Positions 36,178 through 48,800 of a DNA stretch of 64,000 nucleotides are shown here, one piece after another. Source of the stretch: Mobula hypostoma (Eukaryota). The DNA lies in the NCBI RefSeq assembly GCF_963921235.1, contig NC_086107.1, positions 101,062,001-101,126,000 on the forward strand, given 5' to 3'. The notes beneath the pieces were generated by a model that saw only the letters and a list, made by a program, of their open reading frames with translations, was not told where the DNA came from and ran no database searches. The translations under genes and the position numbers were made by a program. Within the stretch, counting starts at the first letter, position 1. Each line of letters starts with the position of its first letter.

Positions 36178-37372
36178 GTCGACCGATTTTACTTCCCCTA
36201 TTCACTCATCCTCTGCACTGACCTATTTGTCCTACCAGCACCTGGCGCAAAGCATCCTTTGGTCATTCAGTCTGCCTTGCCCTTCTGTTTGCTCTCTCCC
36301 CACCTCCTTGCAATCTGTTCATCGTCAGTTTTTCCCAGGCTCTGATCAAAGGTCATCCGTTTAAACTCTTGCTTTCTTCCTGTCTGTCTATACCCCCTCT
36401 CTGTCTGACCACCGGCTGCTACCCCCCATATGTAGCCCCTCTCTGTCCCCCTATCTTTGTCTCTCCCCCCCCACTGTCTGTCCCCCTATCTTTGTCTCCC
36501 CCCACCCCACTGTCTGTCCACCTACTCCCTCCATTTGTTGCACTTTCTATCTTTGGTGTATCGTCTGCCCCTGAGAGCTGTCCAGAGTAGGTGCTCCATG
36601 CCATTGACTGGCTTTCCATGGAGATGGCTCCCTAACGAGGCCTGGTTGGAGCTTGCGTGGCACTGGGACTGGTGAGCTTTCTTCTTCAGCCCAGCTCCTG
36701 GGAGATACTATCCAATGTGTGTGGTTCTAAACAGATAACGTTGGAATCACTCAACAGGTCAGGCAGCATCTGTGGAAAGAGAAACAGTTAATGCTTTAGT
36801 TCTGACTGTGAGTCTTTGAGTTGAAGCTAGTCTGACTTCAGTCCTGACTCAGAGGTCACTGAATCCTGGTTCTCTCTCCCCAGCTGTTGCCTGATCTGCC
36901 ATCTTTCTCCAGTGTTGCCAGTTTTGATTTCAGATTTCCAGTGTGTGCAGTGTGAATCTTCAGATAATGTGCTCCTGTGCCTTCCCGAGCAAACATTACC
37001 TGCACCAACTCTGTATCCTACAGGTGATGCACACGGCAGGGAAAGTCAACAGAGGCACAGTTGTCCCTTACTGTCTTTTACAGTTCGGCAGTCAGGATGA
37101 GGGACAGGACATGGGCAGCCATGTTGATAGTCTTAAATTCAACGTGCATTTCCTGTTTGAGAGATATTTTTGTGCTAAACCTTTAAACAAGAGAACAAAA
37201 AATGCTGGGTGCAAATTACAGGTTTCAAACAGTTAACGTATGGAATAACTGATAACTGCTGTGATTTGGAACGCAGAGACGAGGAAATCTGCAGATGCTG
37301 GAAATTCAAGCAACACATGTAAAAAATGCTGGTGAAAACAGCAGGCCAGGCAGCATCTCTAGGAAGAGGTAC

Positions 37373-37408
37373 AGTCGACGTTTCGGGCCGAGACCCTTCG
37401 TCAGGACT
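37373..37408 (-). ncRNA. Minimal type I hammerhead ribozyme motif (dimer-type stem III)
   Basis: The minus strand reads AGUC-CUGACGA-A-GGGU(CUCG)GCCC-GAA-ACGU-C-GACU. It has stem I AGUC/GACU, the core CUGANGA and GAAA, stem II, palindromic ACGU and a GUC cleavage triplet. Confidence 0.7.
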
Positions 37409-37487
37409 AACTGAAAGAAGAGATAGTAAGAGATTTGAAAGTGGGAGGGGGAGGGCTTCAAATCTCTTACTATCTCTTCTTTCAGTT

Positions 37488-37523
37488 AGTCCTGATGAAG
37501 GGTCTCAGCCCGAAATGTCGACT
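37488..37523 (+). ncRNA. Minimal hammerhead motif, mirror copy (ACGU changed to AUGU)
   Basis: Reads AGUC-CUGAUGA-A-GGGUCUCAGCCC-GAA-AUGU-C-GACU. Confidence 0.55.
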
Positions 37524-38464
37524 GTACCTCTTCCTATAGATGCTGCCTGGCCTACTGCGTTCACCAGCATTTTTTGTATGTGTTAGCAATTTAGAGCATT
37601 TGTATAAGATGGCTGGGAGTAGTTACAAATTTTTATTTAGAGATCCAGCACCTTCCTGCCTAGGGAGCCCACACTGCCCTATTACATCCATGTGACCAAT
37701 TAGCCTACTAAGCTGTGGGTCTTTGGAATGTGGGAGGAAACAGAGCACCCGGAGGAAACCCTTGCAGTCACAGGGAGAACATACAAACTCCTTACATACA
37801 GCGATTGAATTGAACCCAGGTCCCTGATGCTGCAATAGTGTTATGCTGTGTGAAATACAAGAGCATGCAGCAATATCAGAAAACCGTGCAGATATTTTAC
37901 TTCATTCGACGATACATTTCAGGAGTAATAACTGATTCTGTGATAAGGTACAATTCTCTGCTCTCGACAATAAGTCAGTCCTTGCGGCTGCTGGTTCCTC
38001 AGAAAGAAGTGGCTCCAGGTAGAAAACTTTTCCATGCAATCCGCTTGAACGCGTGATACTTCCCTCATCAATCTTTTCTGAATGGAGCTGCACACTGTGG
38101 ATGGGTGCAGACTGAAGGGCTCTTGAGCGTAGCCAGGAAGCTGAGCTGTGGGCACACGGCCACGTGCCCATCCACACCGTGCTTGGCTGAAAGCTGCACA
38201 GCCAGGCTGGTCATGCTGGGAGTCCGAAAGGGCTTTGCGTACTGCCACAACCTGATGTCAAAGTTGAGAGAGGCAGCTTGGAGATCCTAGGAACCCCAAG
38301 TCCAAGTCTGCAATCCAAGTCCTTGCAACGATGGAGGAAGCAACAAATCAAAGGACGATAACGACATGGAGTATTTCAAAGGGATAAATTTTTGATTGGA
38401 GTTGTATCGGAGCCATGTGCACTGTGAGGAGGAGTGTCAGTACAACTAAAAACTTATTGTTAGA

Positions 38465-38805
38465 GTCAGAGAATCACAGTTCACTACCGCACACAAATAG
38501 GCCCTTTGGCTCATCTAGTCCATAACAGACTATTGTTCTGCTTAGTCCCATCGACCTGCACCCAGACCGTAGAACTCCATAACCCTCCCATCCATGTACT
38601 TAATCAAAATCTCTCTTAAATGTTGAAACCAAACCCATATCCGCCACCTCTGCCGGCAGCTCGTTCCACACACTCACCATCCTCTGAGTGAAGAAGTTCC
38701 CCTAACGTTCACCTTCAGTCTTAACCCATGAACTCACCCAATCTCAGCAGAGAAAAGCCTGCTTGCATATACCCTATCTATACCCCTCGTAATCTTGTAC
38801 ATCTA
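38465..38805 (-). mobile_element. CR1 3' fragment
   Basis: Reverse complement of the CR1 segment FFTQRMVSVWNELP and the CR1 tail. Confidence 0.75.
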
Positions 38806-38849
38806 TTGTAATTCATTTGGATTACTTAAATATTTATATAAAATAGCCA

Positions 38850-39432
38850 ATGGAGGCCATGGATGTTGCGTCCTAGCGGTCTAGATGCACAAGCCAGGGC
38901 AGTACAATATGGAGAGCAAACTGTTGCCTATGTAGCAAGTTTCCCTTCTCCATGCATCTAAAGAACCCAAAGGAACAGCGGAGACCAAGTTTCGCACTAG
39001 CAGTGTCGCAGGAGTTACCATTCGGCATTGAACTCAACGTAGGGCTGGCTTAGGGACTCCAGCTCCGGATTTTCCCCTTGGGGTTCACTCCCAAAGCCTT
39101 CCCCGTGAGGGGGAGTAGCCACAAGGCAGTGCAGGTTTGACGTCCGAGTTTTCCTTCTAGATGAGCTGCCGACCACGGCTGGCGAGCCCCATCTGCCCGA
39201 AGCGACTGGTTCTAAGGCACCAGTAACCCGCCTTTGCCCCTTCTTGTGTGGCTTGGCTACTTGGCCTGTCAGTAGAAACGGTTCCACCAGGTTTAGTAGC
39301 CAAGCCACACGGGGAGGCCAGGAGCTGGACTTGGTTGTCAGAGGCCATTTGAGTCTCACATCATTGGGAGCATTTAATAGGTAGTGGGAGCTTGTCCCCA
39401 TTACCAACCCCAGCTATAACAACCTTAAGGAA
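38850..39432 (-). mobile_element. Non-autonomous RTE-related element (copy 2)
   Basis: Reverse-complement match to 17525-18095 (CTTAAGGTTGTTATAGCTGGG...GTCCAGCTCCTGGCC...GAGTTCAA). Confidence 0.65.
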
Positions 39433-39776
39433 CCAAAATAATGAACAAACCCAATAACATCTCATCATATATAAAATACTAACCAAGGAAATGCCAGAAT
39501 TTAAGTGCTACCAGACCATTGTACGTTAAGCACTGACAGACCCAGTTCTGATACCCAGCACGTAGTATTGACACAGCCTGTAACTGTAAACTGTATATGG
39601 GATAATGACAGATTATAGTGACGATGGGCTTTAAGTAAAATGCTGATAGACACAGTAACTGGATACATGCAAGGGATCCAGTATCAGCAGGCTGCGCATA
39701 AAAAAAAGGCAAACAGATTTTGAAGAACAAAATAGGTTCTTCAGCCCACTGAATCCAGACTGACCAATAACTCATT

Positions 39777-40214
39777 AGAAACCATAGAAAAACTACAGCA
39801 CAGAAAACAGGCCTTTTGGCCCTTTTTGGCTGTGCCGAACCATTTTCTGCCTAGTCCCACTGACCTGCACACGGACCACATCCCTCCATACACCTCCCAT
39901 CCATGTATCTGTCCAATTTATTCTTAAATGTTAAAAAAGAACCTGCATTTACCACCTCGTCTGGCAGCTCATTCCACACTCCCACCACTCTGTGTGAAGA
40001 AGCCCCCCCCCATGTTCCCTTTAAACTTTTCCCCCCTCACCCTTAACCCCTGTCCTCCGGTTTTTTTTCTCCCCTTGCCTCAGTGGAAAAAGCCTGCTTG
40101 CATTCACTCTATCTATACCCACTATAATTTTATATACCTCTATCAAATCTCCCCTCATTCTTCTATGCTCCAGGGAATAAAGTCCTAACCTATTCAACCT
40201 TTCTCTGTAACTGA
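39777..40214 (-). mobile_element. CR1 3' fragment, same young subfamily as 24190-26633
   Basis: Nearly identical to the reverse complement of 26203-26633 (SYRERLNRLGLYSLE...RLFPLRQGEKK). Confidence 0.92.
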
Positions 40215-40914
40215 TTATCACTGATCCTACACTTAATTCCATTTTATATTCTCACACGTTCTTATTAACCTCCCCCAAATTTGGCCCCTCAGGTGTTTTA
40301 CAGCAGCTAGTTAACCCGCTTACTTGCACATCTTTGGGATGTGAGATGAAACTGGAGCATTCCAGGGAAGACCCCTGTGATCCCAGAGAAAACGTGCAGA
40401 CACCACGCAGACAGCACCAGAGGTCAGCCTTACCCAGGTCTCTGGCGCTGTAAGGCAGTGGGTCTGTCGGCTCGCCTCTCTGAAAGCACACTCCGTAAAA
40501 TAACTGCACTTGCGTACCTAAATGGCAGCAGATCAGAAGTCGTTGATCAGCACTTGTGAATCTGCCGAAGTTGTAGGCGGTGCTTGATGGTTGTCATGGT
40601 TACAGATTTGGGGGCTGACAGGCCTTTCTCCATGTTGTACCTGTCTGTGGGTCTCTATGACTATGGGTGCCCACTGGGTACACAGCTGGCAAGTTTAGCC
40701 TGCCCCTGGCAGCGTGCAGACCACCAGTTGGTACGCAACCTGCTCCGGTTTGGTAGTTTGGGGTCCACATCACTGTGTCAAGTGTAGGTTAGCTGGTGAG
40801 TATGGAGATAGTTTAGGACTTGGCACCCCCCCCCCGCCCCCCCGCCAGTTGCGGGTGGGGCCATTTCATTCTCTACCACCCCTCCCCCCTCAAAACTCCT
40901 GTCTGAAGATGCCC

Positions 40915-41310
40915 GTGAATCAGAATTGGGTGTTTTATCACTGACATATCATGAGATTTGTTGTTTAGACAGACGTACCATGCAAGACGTAGAAATTACT
41001 GTAAATTACAAATAAATAGATAGACAGAGAGTGCACCAGAGGACTAGTAAGGTTGTGTTCATGGACCATTCAGAAATCTAATGGCAGAGGGGAAGCGGAT
41101 GTTCCTAAAACGATGAGTGTAGGCCTTCGGGCTGGCTGATGGTAGTAGTGAGAAGAGGACATGCCCAGGTGGTTAGGGTCTGACGAGTGTAGGCCTTCAG
41201 ACTGGCTGATGGTAGTAGTGAGAAGAGGACATGCCCAGGTGGTCAGGGTCTTCTCTGATGGATGTGGCTGCCTTGAGGACGTCCTTGATAGTGGGGATGG
41301 GACTGGCTCT
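40915..41310 (-). mobile_element. Rex/Babar-like LINE 3' fragment with an internal 70-bp tandem duplication (41115-41250)
   Basis: Shares CATGGACCATTCAGAAATCT...GGTAGT...GAGAAGAGGACATGCC with copies at about 9300, 48550 and 58550. Confidence 0.7.
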
Positions 41311-42629
41311 GCAGCCTCTTTCCATCCCGCCCAAGTGTTGGACCACCTGGGAGGAGACAGGAGATGGGATGGTCGCAGTGGGAGTGCTGGTGACCTGTGT
41401 GGTGAGGAAGCTCCTGGTAGCTCTAAGCAGTGTTGGAACCATGTCTGATGTCCGCCATCCATTGCCCCCTGGCTGGCACTGCTCTCCGGGGGGGGGGTGT
41501 CTAATGGGGGTCTGTCAGCAAGTGGAGATGACAGTCACTGCTCTGGGGCGGCCTGTATCAACTCTCCAGCTGCCCCTGCACCCACCCAAAATGGTGTCAG
41601 TATCTGGGGTCAGAGGTGCCACCACGTGAGCTTGCAGAATTCCCAATGCCCTTGTTTAAGCCGCTGGCCTCACCTCTCAGCGTCTCAGTGTGCTTCCTGT
41701 AAGAGAGTGCGTGGCCCAGGTCATGAGATGTGCTAGGTACATGCAGTGAGTGAGACATGGTTTAATTCCTATCCACATTGGAGAGGGCTGGGCTGTGGTC
41801 CGGTGGCACAGAGAGACACCTGGGCAGCTGCAGCTGTTACCAGGTACTCGATCCGGACACCAGGTCATCATGTGAGTAAAGCTAGGGTTGGATTGGTTTT
41901 CTGTGTGGGCGGGGAAGCCATATTCTTCATTGGGGTAGGATCCTGCCTTGCAGGCACCAGCAGCAGGGTATAAACTCCACAGTCTGGATGTGGGGACACT
42001 GTAGACCCGGTAATTGCTCCTTGTCAGGACTCGCGCCTTCCGTAGCATCAGTGGAGAACTGTCAAAACCACCAGTCCACAAACCATCTCGAATTTTCAGC
42101 ACTAATAACACATCCAATGAAAGCAACTGGTTGGTGGTAACTTACAAGAGCACAGGACAATACCACCACTGGAAATGGAGAGTTGGTTATAACCTGTGGC
42201 CCTGGCTCATGTCCCCAGGTTCTCGGGCATATTTAATAGTGGACACTGTATAACCTTGTTGTCAGTAACAAGGACTTTACACTTCAAGGTGGAACAGAAT
42301 CTAAACCCATAGTTTTTAAAGCCTGACTCTAGAAAATACTACCAACCTGCTAAAGTTACATCGCGTATAAAATACCATCATCTGCTATTGCTTCACTGGG
42401 TGTACAGTCTGATATTTTACACTATAAAATACTGCCTATATTCCCTAAAACAGTAAGATATTAGATAATGTTGTGCTATACATTCAGTAGCCACTTTAAT
42501 ATTAGATACCTTTTAAAGTGACCATGGAGTGTATGTTCATAGTCTTCCTCTGCTATAGTGTATCCACTTCAAGTTTCAATGCATTGAGTGTTCAGCGATG
42601 TTCTGCACACCACCATTGTAACGTGGTTT

Positions 42630-43155
42630 TTTATACTTTAAACTTTACTGTCGCCAAACAATTGGTACTAGAACGTACAATCATCACAGCAATATTTGAT
42701 TCTGCGCTTCACACTCCCTGGATTACAAATATTAAATATTAAAAATATTAAAAATAGTTAAAATCAGTAAATATTAAAAATTTAAATTATAAATCATAAA
42801 TAGAAAATAGAAAAATGGGAAGTAAGGTAGTGCAAAAAAACCGAGAGGCAGGTCCAGATATTTGGAGGGTACGGCCCAGATCCGGGTCAGGATCCGTTCA
42901 GCAGTCTTATCACAGTTGGAAAGAAGCTGTTCCCAAATCTGGCCATATGAGTCTTCAAGCTCCTGAACCTTCTCCTGGAGGGAAGAGGGACAAAAAAGTG
43001 TGTTGGCTGGGTGGGTCGTGTCCTTGATTATCCTGGCAGCACTGCTCCGACAGCGTGTGGTGTAAAGCGAGTCCACGGACGGAAGGTTGGTTTGTGTGAT
43101 GTGCTGGGCTGTGTTCACGATCTTCTGCAGCTTCTTTCGGTCTTGGACAGGGCAA
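42630..43155 (-). mobile_element. Rex/Babar LINE 3' fragment inside the Tc1 element
   Basis: Peptide NTAQHITQTNLPSVDSLYTTRCRSSAARIIKDTTHPA. A close copy lies at 47525-47878(+). Confidence 0.85.
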
Positions 43156-43299
43156 CTGCTTGAGTTACTGTTGCCTCCCTGTCAGCATGAACAAGTCTGG
43201 CAGTTCTTCTCTGACCTCCCTCATTAACAAGGCATTTTAGCTCACAGAACTGCCACCCACTGGATTTTTTTTGGCATCATTCTCTGTAAAACTTTAGGG

Positions 43300-43364
43300 C
43301 AGGGTTTCCCAACCTGGGGTCCATGGAGCTCTCGGTTAATGGTAAGGGTCCACGGGAACTCCTG
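43300..43364. mobile_element. hAT (Charlie-like) MITE inside the Tc1 element
   Basis: TIRs CAGGGTTTCCC and GGGAACTCCTG, with 8-bp flanks CTTTAGGG and CTGTAGAG. Relatives lie at about 8076-8156 and 56338-56414. Confidence 0.7.
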
Positions 43365-44335
43365 CTGTAGAGATTGTTGCGCATCCCAAGAGATCAGCAG
43401 TTTCTGAGACACTCAAATCACCCCATCTGGCACCAACAATCATTCCACGGTCAAAGTCACTTAGATCACATTTCTTCCCCGTTCTGATGTTTGGTCTGAA
43501 CAACAACTGAACCTCTTGACCACGTCGGCCTGCTTTTATGTATTGAGTTGCTGCCACATGATTGGCTGATTAGATATTTACATTAACGAGCAGGCATTCT
43601 GGCATGTGGTCACTGAGTGTATGACTCCCCCACCTCCACTCACCCCTAACTGTTGTCCAACACTCTCTTCTTCTCTAATGGCCCCTATATTGCATTAATG
43701 AGTAGGTGTACCTAATAAATTGGCCATTGAGTGTATATAAAACAATTTCAGTCCCAGGAGTGTCACAGATGTAGAATATATTTGTCTTATGAGTAAAGGT
43801 TGAGCGAGCTAGGGCTTTTCACTTTGGAGTGAAGGAGGCTGAGGGGGCAATCTGATAGAGGTGTACAAGATTATGCGAGGCATAGATAGAGCGGACAGAC
43901 AGCTCCTTTATCCCAGAACGGCAGCAACAAAACCACAGGATGTCCACTTACGGTGGAGGAAAATTTAGGGGAGGTGTCCGAGATAGTTTCTTTTTATGCA
44001 GACAGCATGGTAGCTGACTGGAATGCTTGGTAAAGACATTTCAGGGACTCAGGGACATGGAGGGTTATGGCTGTGTAGGAGGGAATAGATTGATCATGGA
44101 GTAGGTTAACTATGGGTCAGCACAACATTGTGGGCTGAAGGGCCTGTGTAATAATGCTGGATACCAAATACAAACCTAGCAATGCCGCTCTGTTTAAGAA
44201 AATTAACCAATCCCATTAACTCCTGACTGAAAAGACTAATGGACCCAATTAGGGATGGCATGGCTGCCTAGCAATTAACCTAAACCCAGTGACCTGGGTT
44301 CAATTCCTGCCACTCTCTGTAAGGAATTTGTATGT

Positions 44336-44447
44336 TAGAAACATAGAAAACCTAAAGCACAATACAGGTCCTTCGGCCCACAAAGTTGTGCCGAACACGT
44401 CCCTACCTTAGAAATTACTAGGCTTACCCATAGCCCTCTATTTTTCT
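44336..44447 (-). mobile_element. Short CR1 3' end inserted in a V-SINE
   Basis: Reverse-complement match to 898-1016. The SINE head (GGGTTCAATTCCTGCC) is upstream and a SINE body remnant is downstream. Confidence 0.75.
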
Positions 44448-45551
44448 CCCTATGACCTATTGTGTTTCCTCCCACCTCCCATGTAGTGGTTGGTAGGTTG
44501 TGGGCATGTTGTGTGGCTGCTGGAAGCTTGGTGACACTGATGGGCTGTCCCCAGCACATCCTCGGACCATGTTGGTCATCGACACAAATGATGCCTTTCA
44601 CAGCATGTTTCAAATAAAGCTAATCTTTAATCTTCTTCAGTGCCACACGCTGTAGGAACTACTTACAGGCCCTGTTAGCGTCATGTTGCATATAAAGTCC
44701 GAACTGCTTCAGTGAAATCACGCGGTGTACAAACAACCTCCGTAACAGTGCGCTGTGTGTCTGTGTCAAATCGTAACAAAGCCCCATAATATCTGCTAAC
44801 TGAACTGAAACCCCCACATAGAGTAAAAATCCAAACAAGTGCAGTGACACGTGACTGAATGCAAAAACGTTCCCAATTATGTGGCAGTGCACATGACTTC
44901 TCGCCACACGTCAGTCTGCCGGCTCCCACGCTTGGCTCACTGCCGTGAGCTGATCAAATCTTGAACCGGGAGATGTGACCTCAGACAGCTGCCTCCCACT
45001 TCGAAGGCTGTGTCCTGGAACGTGGGGCCCACCCGTGTTTTCATTTCACGGGGAGTGGGGGGGGGGTCTGTCCAAATGATTTGTGCATAGTGACCTTTCC
45101 GCCAGGATTAATTGCCAGCACACAGCTTTCTGTTCACCACGTTGGCCTACTAAATGCCTCAGAGAGTTGCCCCTTTAAGGTTGGAATGTTAAACATCCCA
45201 ACGTGTTGCTGGAGATTCCAGAGAGCCCAGGAATGATGATTCACAAAGAATTTATTTTCCTGTGATACATGTTGGGCTGCACAGCCCACTGGACCAGGAG
45301 TGTCAAGGAATGTAAACAAAACAATGATTTGTGGGACTGGGGCAAATGGCATAGACCTGGCATCTGCCTTCGAGAATCATCAAGCAGGACTGTAGCCTAG
45401 GAGCTGAATCGCTTGTCTTTATTTTAGGCACAATGCAATCCAAGATCAATTCTGATCTGGAGTAATTTGCGCTAGTGATCAGTGTGAGGAGAAGTTGTAA
45501 AATGGGACCGAGAAATTCCTGGTATTGGTATCTGTGTGTTGTCACATATAC

Positions 45552-45850
45552 TGTTATGATACGCTCCTGGCCACGCCAGCCTCTGGACTTTAGACACTCT
45601 AACTCTCCAGAACATTGGTAGCTGCTGTGGCCCCTTCAAAGATTCAAGGTCACCCCGCTAATTGACGGCCATGTTTTGGCGCCAGGATTTTAATATATAA
45701 AGAGCATCTGAACTGAGATTCCGTGCTCGGTCATGAGCTCAACTTTTCTCGTCCAGCATCTTTGTTTTAGTCTTGTATCATGTCTCGATTCTAATCTCAG
45801 ATACTCCAGCAATTAGGTCCTTACCGTCCTCACCTAGGCCTCTCGTCACA
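45552..45850 (+). mobile_element. Possible solo LTR (about 300 bp)
   Basis: TGTTATGA...TCGTCACA ends and an internal TATATAAA. It interrupts a LINE fragment, but no TSD match is visible. Confidence 0.45.
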
Positions 45851-47524
45851 GTTAATGGAGGTACTGTGAAAAGTCTTTGCTTTGTGTGCCACTCAGACAA
45901 GTCATTCTGTGAGATAGTTAAAAACACAATTCAGAATGCAGTTACAAGGTGCAATGCAGGTAGACAAGTGAGCCATGGTGAGGTAAGTTGGGAGATCAAG
46001 AGTTCATCTTTTAGTGTTTGAAAGGACAGTTCAGGAGTCTGATACTAGTGGGACAGAAGCTATCCTTAAGAAGGACGCTGGTGGTGTGGCATCAGCACCG
46101 GACTTCGAGGCGAATGGTCCAGGGTTTGAATCCAGCCGGTTCCTAGCACGCTTTCCATCTTGTGCTGAGTTGAACGTCAAGCTGGCAACTCGACCTTGTA
46201 AAATAAAACTGACAAAATGCTGCCTGGTGCACACAAGGAATAACAGGAAGCTGTCCTTGAGTCTTGGTAGTACCTATCTCAGACCTCTACCTTCTGTGCG
46301 ATGGGTGAGGGGAAAAGAGAGACTGAGCAGGTTAGAAGTGTTGACCAGGAGAGGTGAGCTGAGTTCACAACTCTGCAACTCCTCCTAGTCTTGGGGAAAG
46401 CAGCTCCTGTACCGAGCTGTGAAGCATCCCAATAGTGGTAAGGGACGTCGAGTCCATGGTGGATTTTCTTAGCTTTCTGAGGAAGTAGAGGTGGTGGGGG
46501 TTCATACTAATTTGCTCCTGGGGGAGCCATTTTTGCAGAACTTCTGCTTCAGCGCACACTGCAGACTCCCGCCAGCGTGGAATAGTCTCACTCCAACCAG
46601 AAGCACAGTCAGTTTGCTGGTTTGCAGAAATGCTCTGCTAATGTTGGAAGGACAGCTTCGGAACTGACTGCAGGCTGTTGGTGCACTTTGCAAGGTTGTA
46701 CATGGTGCACCAGGGATCCTTTGCTCCAGCATTCAGTTATGTGGCTGCTACAGTGCTGATAGTATCTATCTATCTGTCTGTCTATCTACATTCAGTGTGG
46801 GACAGGCCCTTCCTGGCCTTCTAGCCACGCCACCCAGCAATCCCCCAATTTAATCCGACCCTAATCACAGGACAACTCACAGTGACTAATTAACCTACTG
46901 ACCGGTGCGTCGTTGGACTGTGGGCGAGAACCAGAGCACCCGGAGGAAACACGCGTGGTCACAATTTCCCTACAGGCAGTGGCGGGAATTGAATCGGTGT
47001 CACCTGTGCTGTAAAGCTTCGTGCTAACCACAACGCTACTGTGCCGCCCAAGGTGTATCTCACAGGTAGACGCACGCTACGGGTATTGTTGTAGCTATGA
47101 CCTACCACTCAGGGTCTTGTGGGGAATTCAGTGCTGGTGACAAAGACCTGCCTATCAGCAAGAGCACCTTTAGCAAGACTGAGTCCTGCCTGTGCCTTCC
47201 TGACGAACAGTATATTTGCAACTGTAGATTTTCCAAGGTGAATAGCGTTCTGCAGGGAGACTTTCGGAATGCTCCCACTCCTGGAGTGTTCTCTGCTTCA
47301 AGGTCAAGGTTGTACTGACTCCCACCTTCCTCGCTGTACGGTTATTGTGGGCAGATGCCTTCTTTTACGATTTTAGGAACCCATCCTGCCTTCAGGGAGG
47401 ACCAGCTGGAAATTATTTCAGGATAATCCGTAACCCGTCTTGTTATGGCCGGCGTGGAGACCCAGGACCCTGAGAGCAGCAGGAGGAAGAAGGCAGTTGA
47501 TGGGTTGACCCCATTAGCACCGAT

Positions 47525-47878
47525 TGCCCTTGCACCCTTCCCTCCAGGAGAAGGCTCAGGAGCTTGAAGACTCGTACGGCCAGATTTGGGAACAGCTTCT
47601 TTCCAACTGTGATAAGACTGCTGAACGGATCCTGACCCGGATCTGGGCCGTACCCTCCAAATATCTGGACCTGCCTCTTGGTTGTTTTGCACTACCTTAC
47701 TTTCCATTTTTCTGTTTTCTAATTATGATTTATAATTTAATTTTTAATATTTACTAATTTTTACTATTTTTAGTATTTAATATTTGTAATCCAGGGAGCG
47801 GAAGGCGCAGGATCAAATATCGCTGTGATGATTGTACGTTATAGTATCAATTGTTTGGCGACAATAAAGTATAAAGTA
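47525..47878 (+). mobile_element. Rex/Babar LINE 3' end
   Basis: Close reverse-complement match to 42630-42985, ending AATAAAGTATAAAGT. Confidence 0.85.
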
Positions 47879-48099
47879 AACTCCCTTTTAAGAATCCAAA
47901 CCTATTACTCAGCATGAAAGGCAGTTGTGGATTGGCAGAAGGCTTCTCTCCTTGTTTGTGGCTCCATCCTGAGGGAGTCCACTCTGGATATTTCCAGTGG
48001 CCAGCTCAGCCTGGAAGGTTTCCCTTCGCCTCCATCCCCTTGGTGTCTCTCACCACCTTAAGTAACATCAGGATTAGGTTTCTTGTCCCTGTTTTATAT

Positions 48100-48800
48100 G
48101 AACTGAATTAAATTGACTTTATTACTTACATCCTTCTCATACCTGAGGAGTAAAAGTCTTTACGTTACATCTCCATCTAAATGTGCAATTCATAGTAATT
48201 TCTAATAAATAGCACGTACAACAGGACAGTCAATATAACAGAAATACAATTTTATCAGTGTGAATTAATCAGTCTGATGGCCTGGTGGAAGAAGCTGTCC
48301 CGGAGCCTGTTGGTCCTGGCTTTTTTGCTGCGGTACCATTTCCCGGATGGTAGCGGCTGGAACAGTTTGTGGTTGGGGTGACTCAGGTCCCCAATGATTC
48401 TTCGGACCCTTTTTTACACACCTGTCTCTGTAAACGTGAAGTTTGTTGTTTTGCAGCAGTGGTATGGTCTAAAGACACAAAATTACCGTAAATTACAAAA
48501 CAAATAGTAGTGTGAAACAAAAGGAATAAGGAAACAGTGTTTGTGGGCTTGTGAACCGTTCAGAAATCTGATGGCAGAGGGGAAAATGTTTCTGAGTTGT
48601 TGAGTGTGGGTCTTGAGACTCCTGTGCCCCCTCCCCAGTGGTAGTAACAAGAAGAGGACATGTCTGGTGAGGTCCTCAGTGATGGATCCTGCCTTCTTGA
48701 GGCACTGATATTTGAAGGTGTCCTCAATGATGGGAAGGGTTGTGCCCTATAATCCTCTGCAGCCTCTCGCAATCCTGTGCATTGCAGCCTCCTTACCAGA
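48100..48800 (-). mobile_element. Two adjacent LINE 3' fragments (Rex/Babar-like)
   Basis: 48100-48435 matches the host of the 24 kb CR1, and 48436-48800 matches the 9300/41060 family. Confidence 0.7.

Larger units (their letters stand above)
37275..37585. mobile_element. Penelope-derived long hairpin (arms about 37322-37438 and 37457-37575)
   Basis: A near-perfect inverted repeat with arms of about 117 bp and a G-rich spacer of about 18 nt. Confidence 0.85.
42481..43733 (-). mobile_element. Internally deleted Tc1/mariner transposon carrying nested insertions
   Basis: Degenerate TIRs TA|CATTCAGTAGCCACTTT... and ...GGTGTACCTAATAAATTGGCCATTGAGTG|TA with TA flanks. The transposase N-terminus GKKCDLSDFDRGMIVGARWGDLSVSETADLLG is on the minus strand. 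Confidence 0.85.

Noticed and set aside
37900..38290. Several overlapping short ORFs in unique DNA (also at 28791-28994, 34398-34672, 41677-42253 and 47097-47318)
   Set aside because: I found no recognisable domain and no consistent exon chain. They cannot be excluded as exons without RNA-seq.
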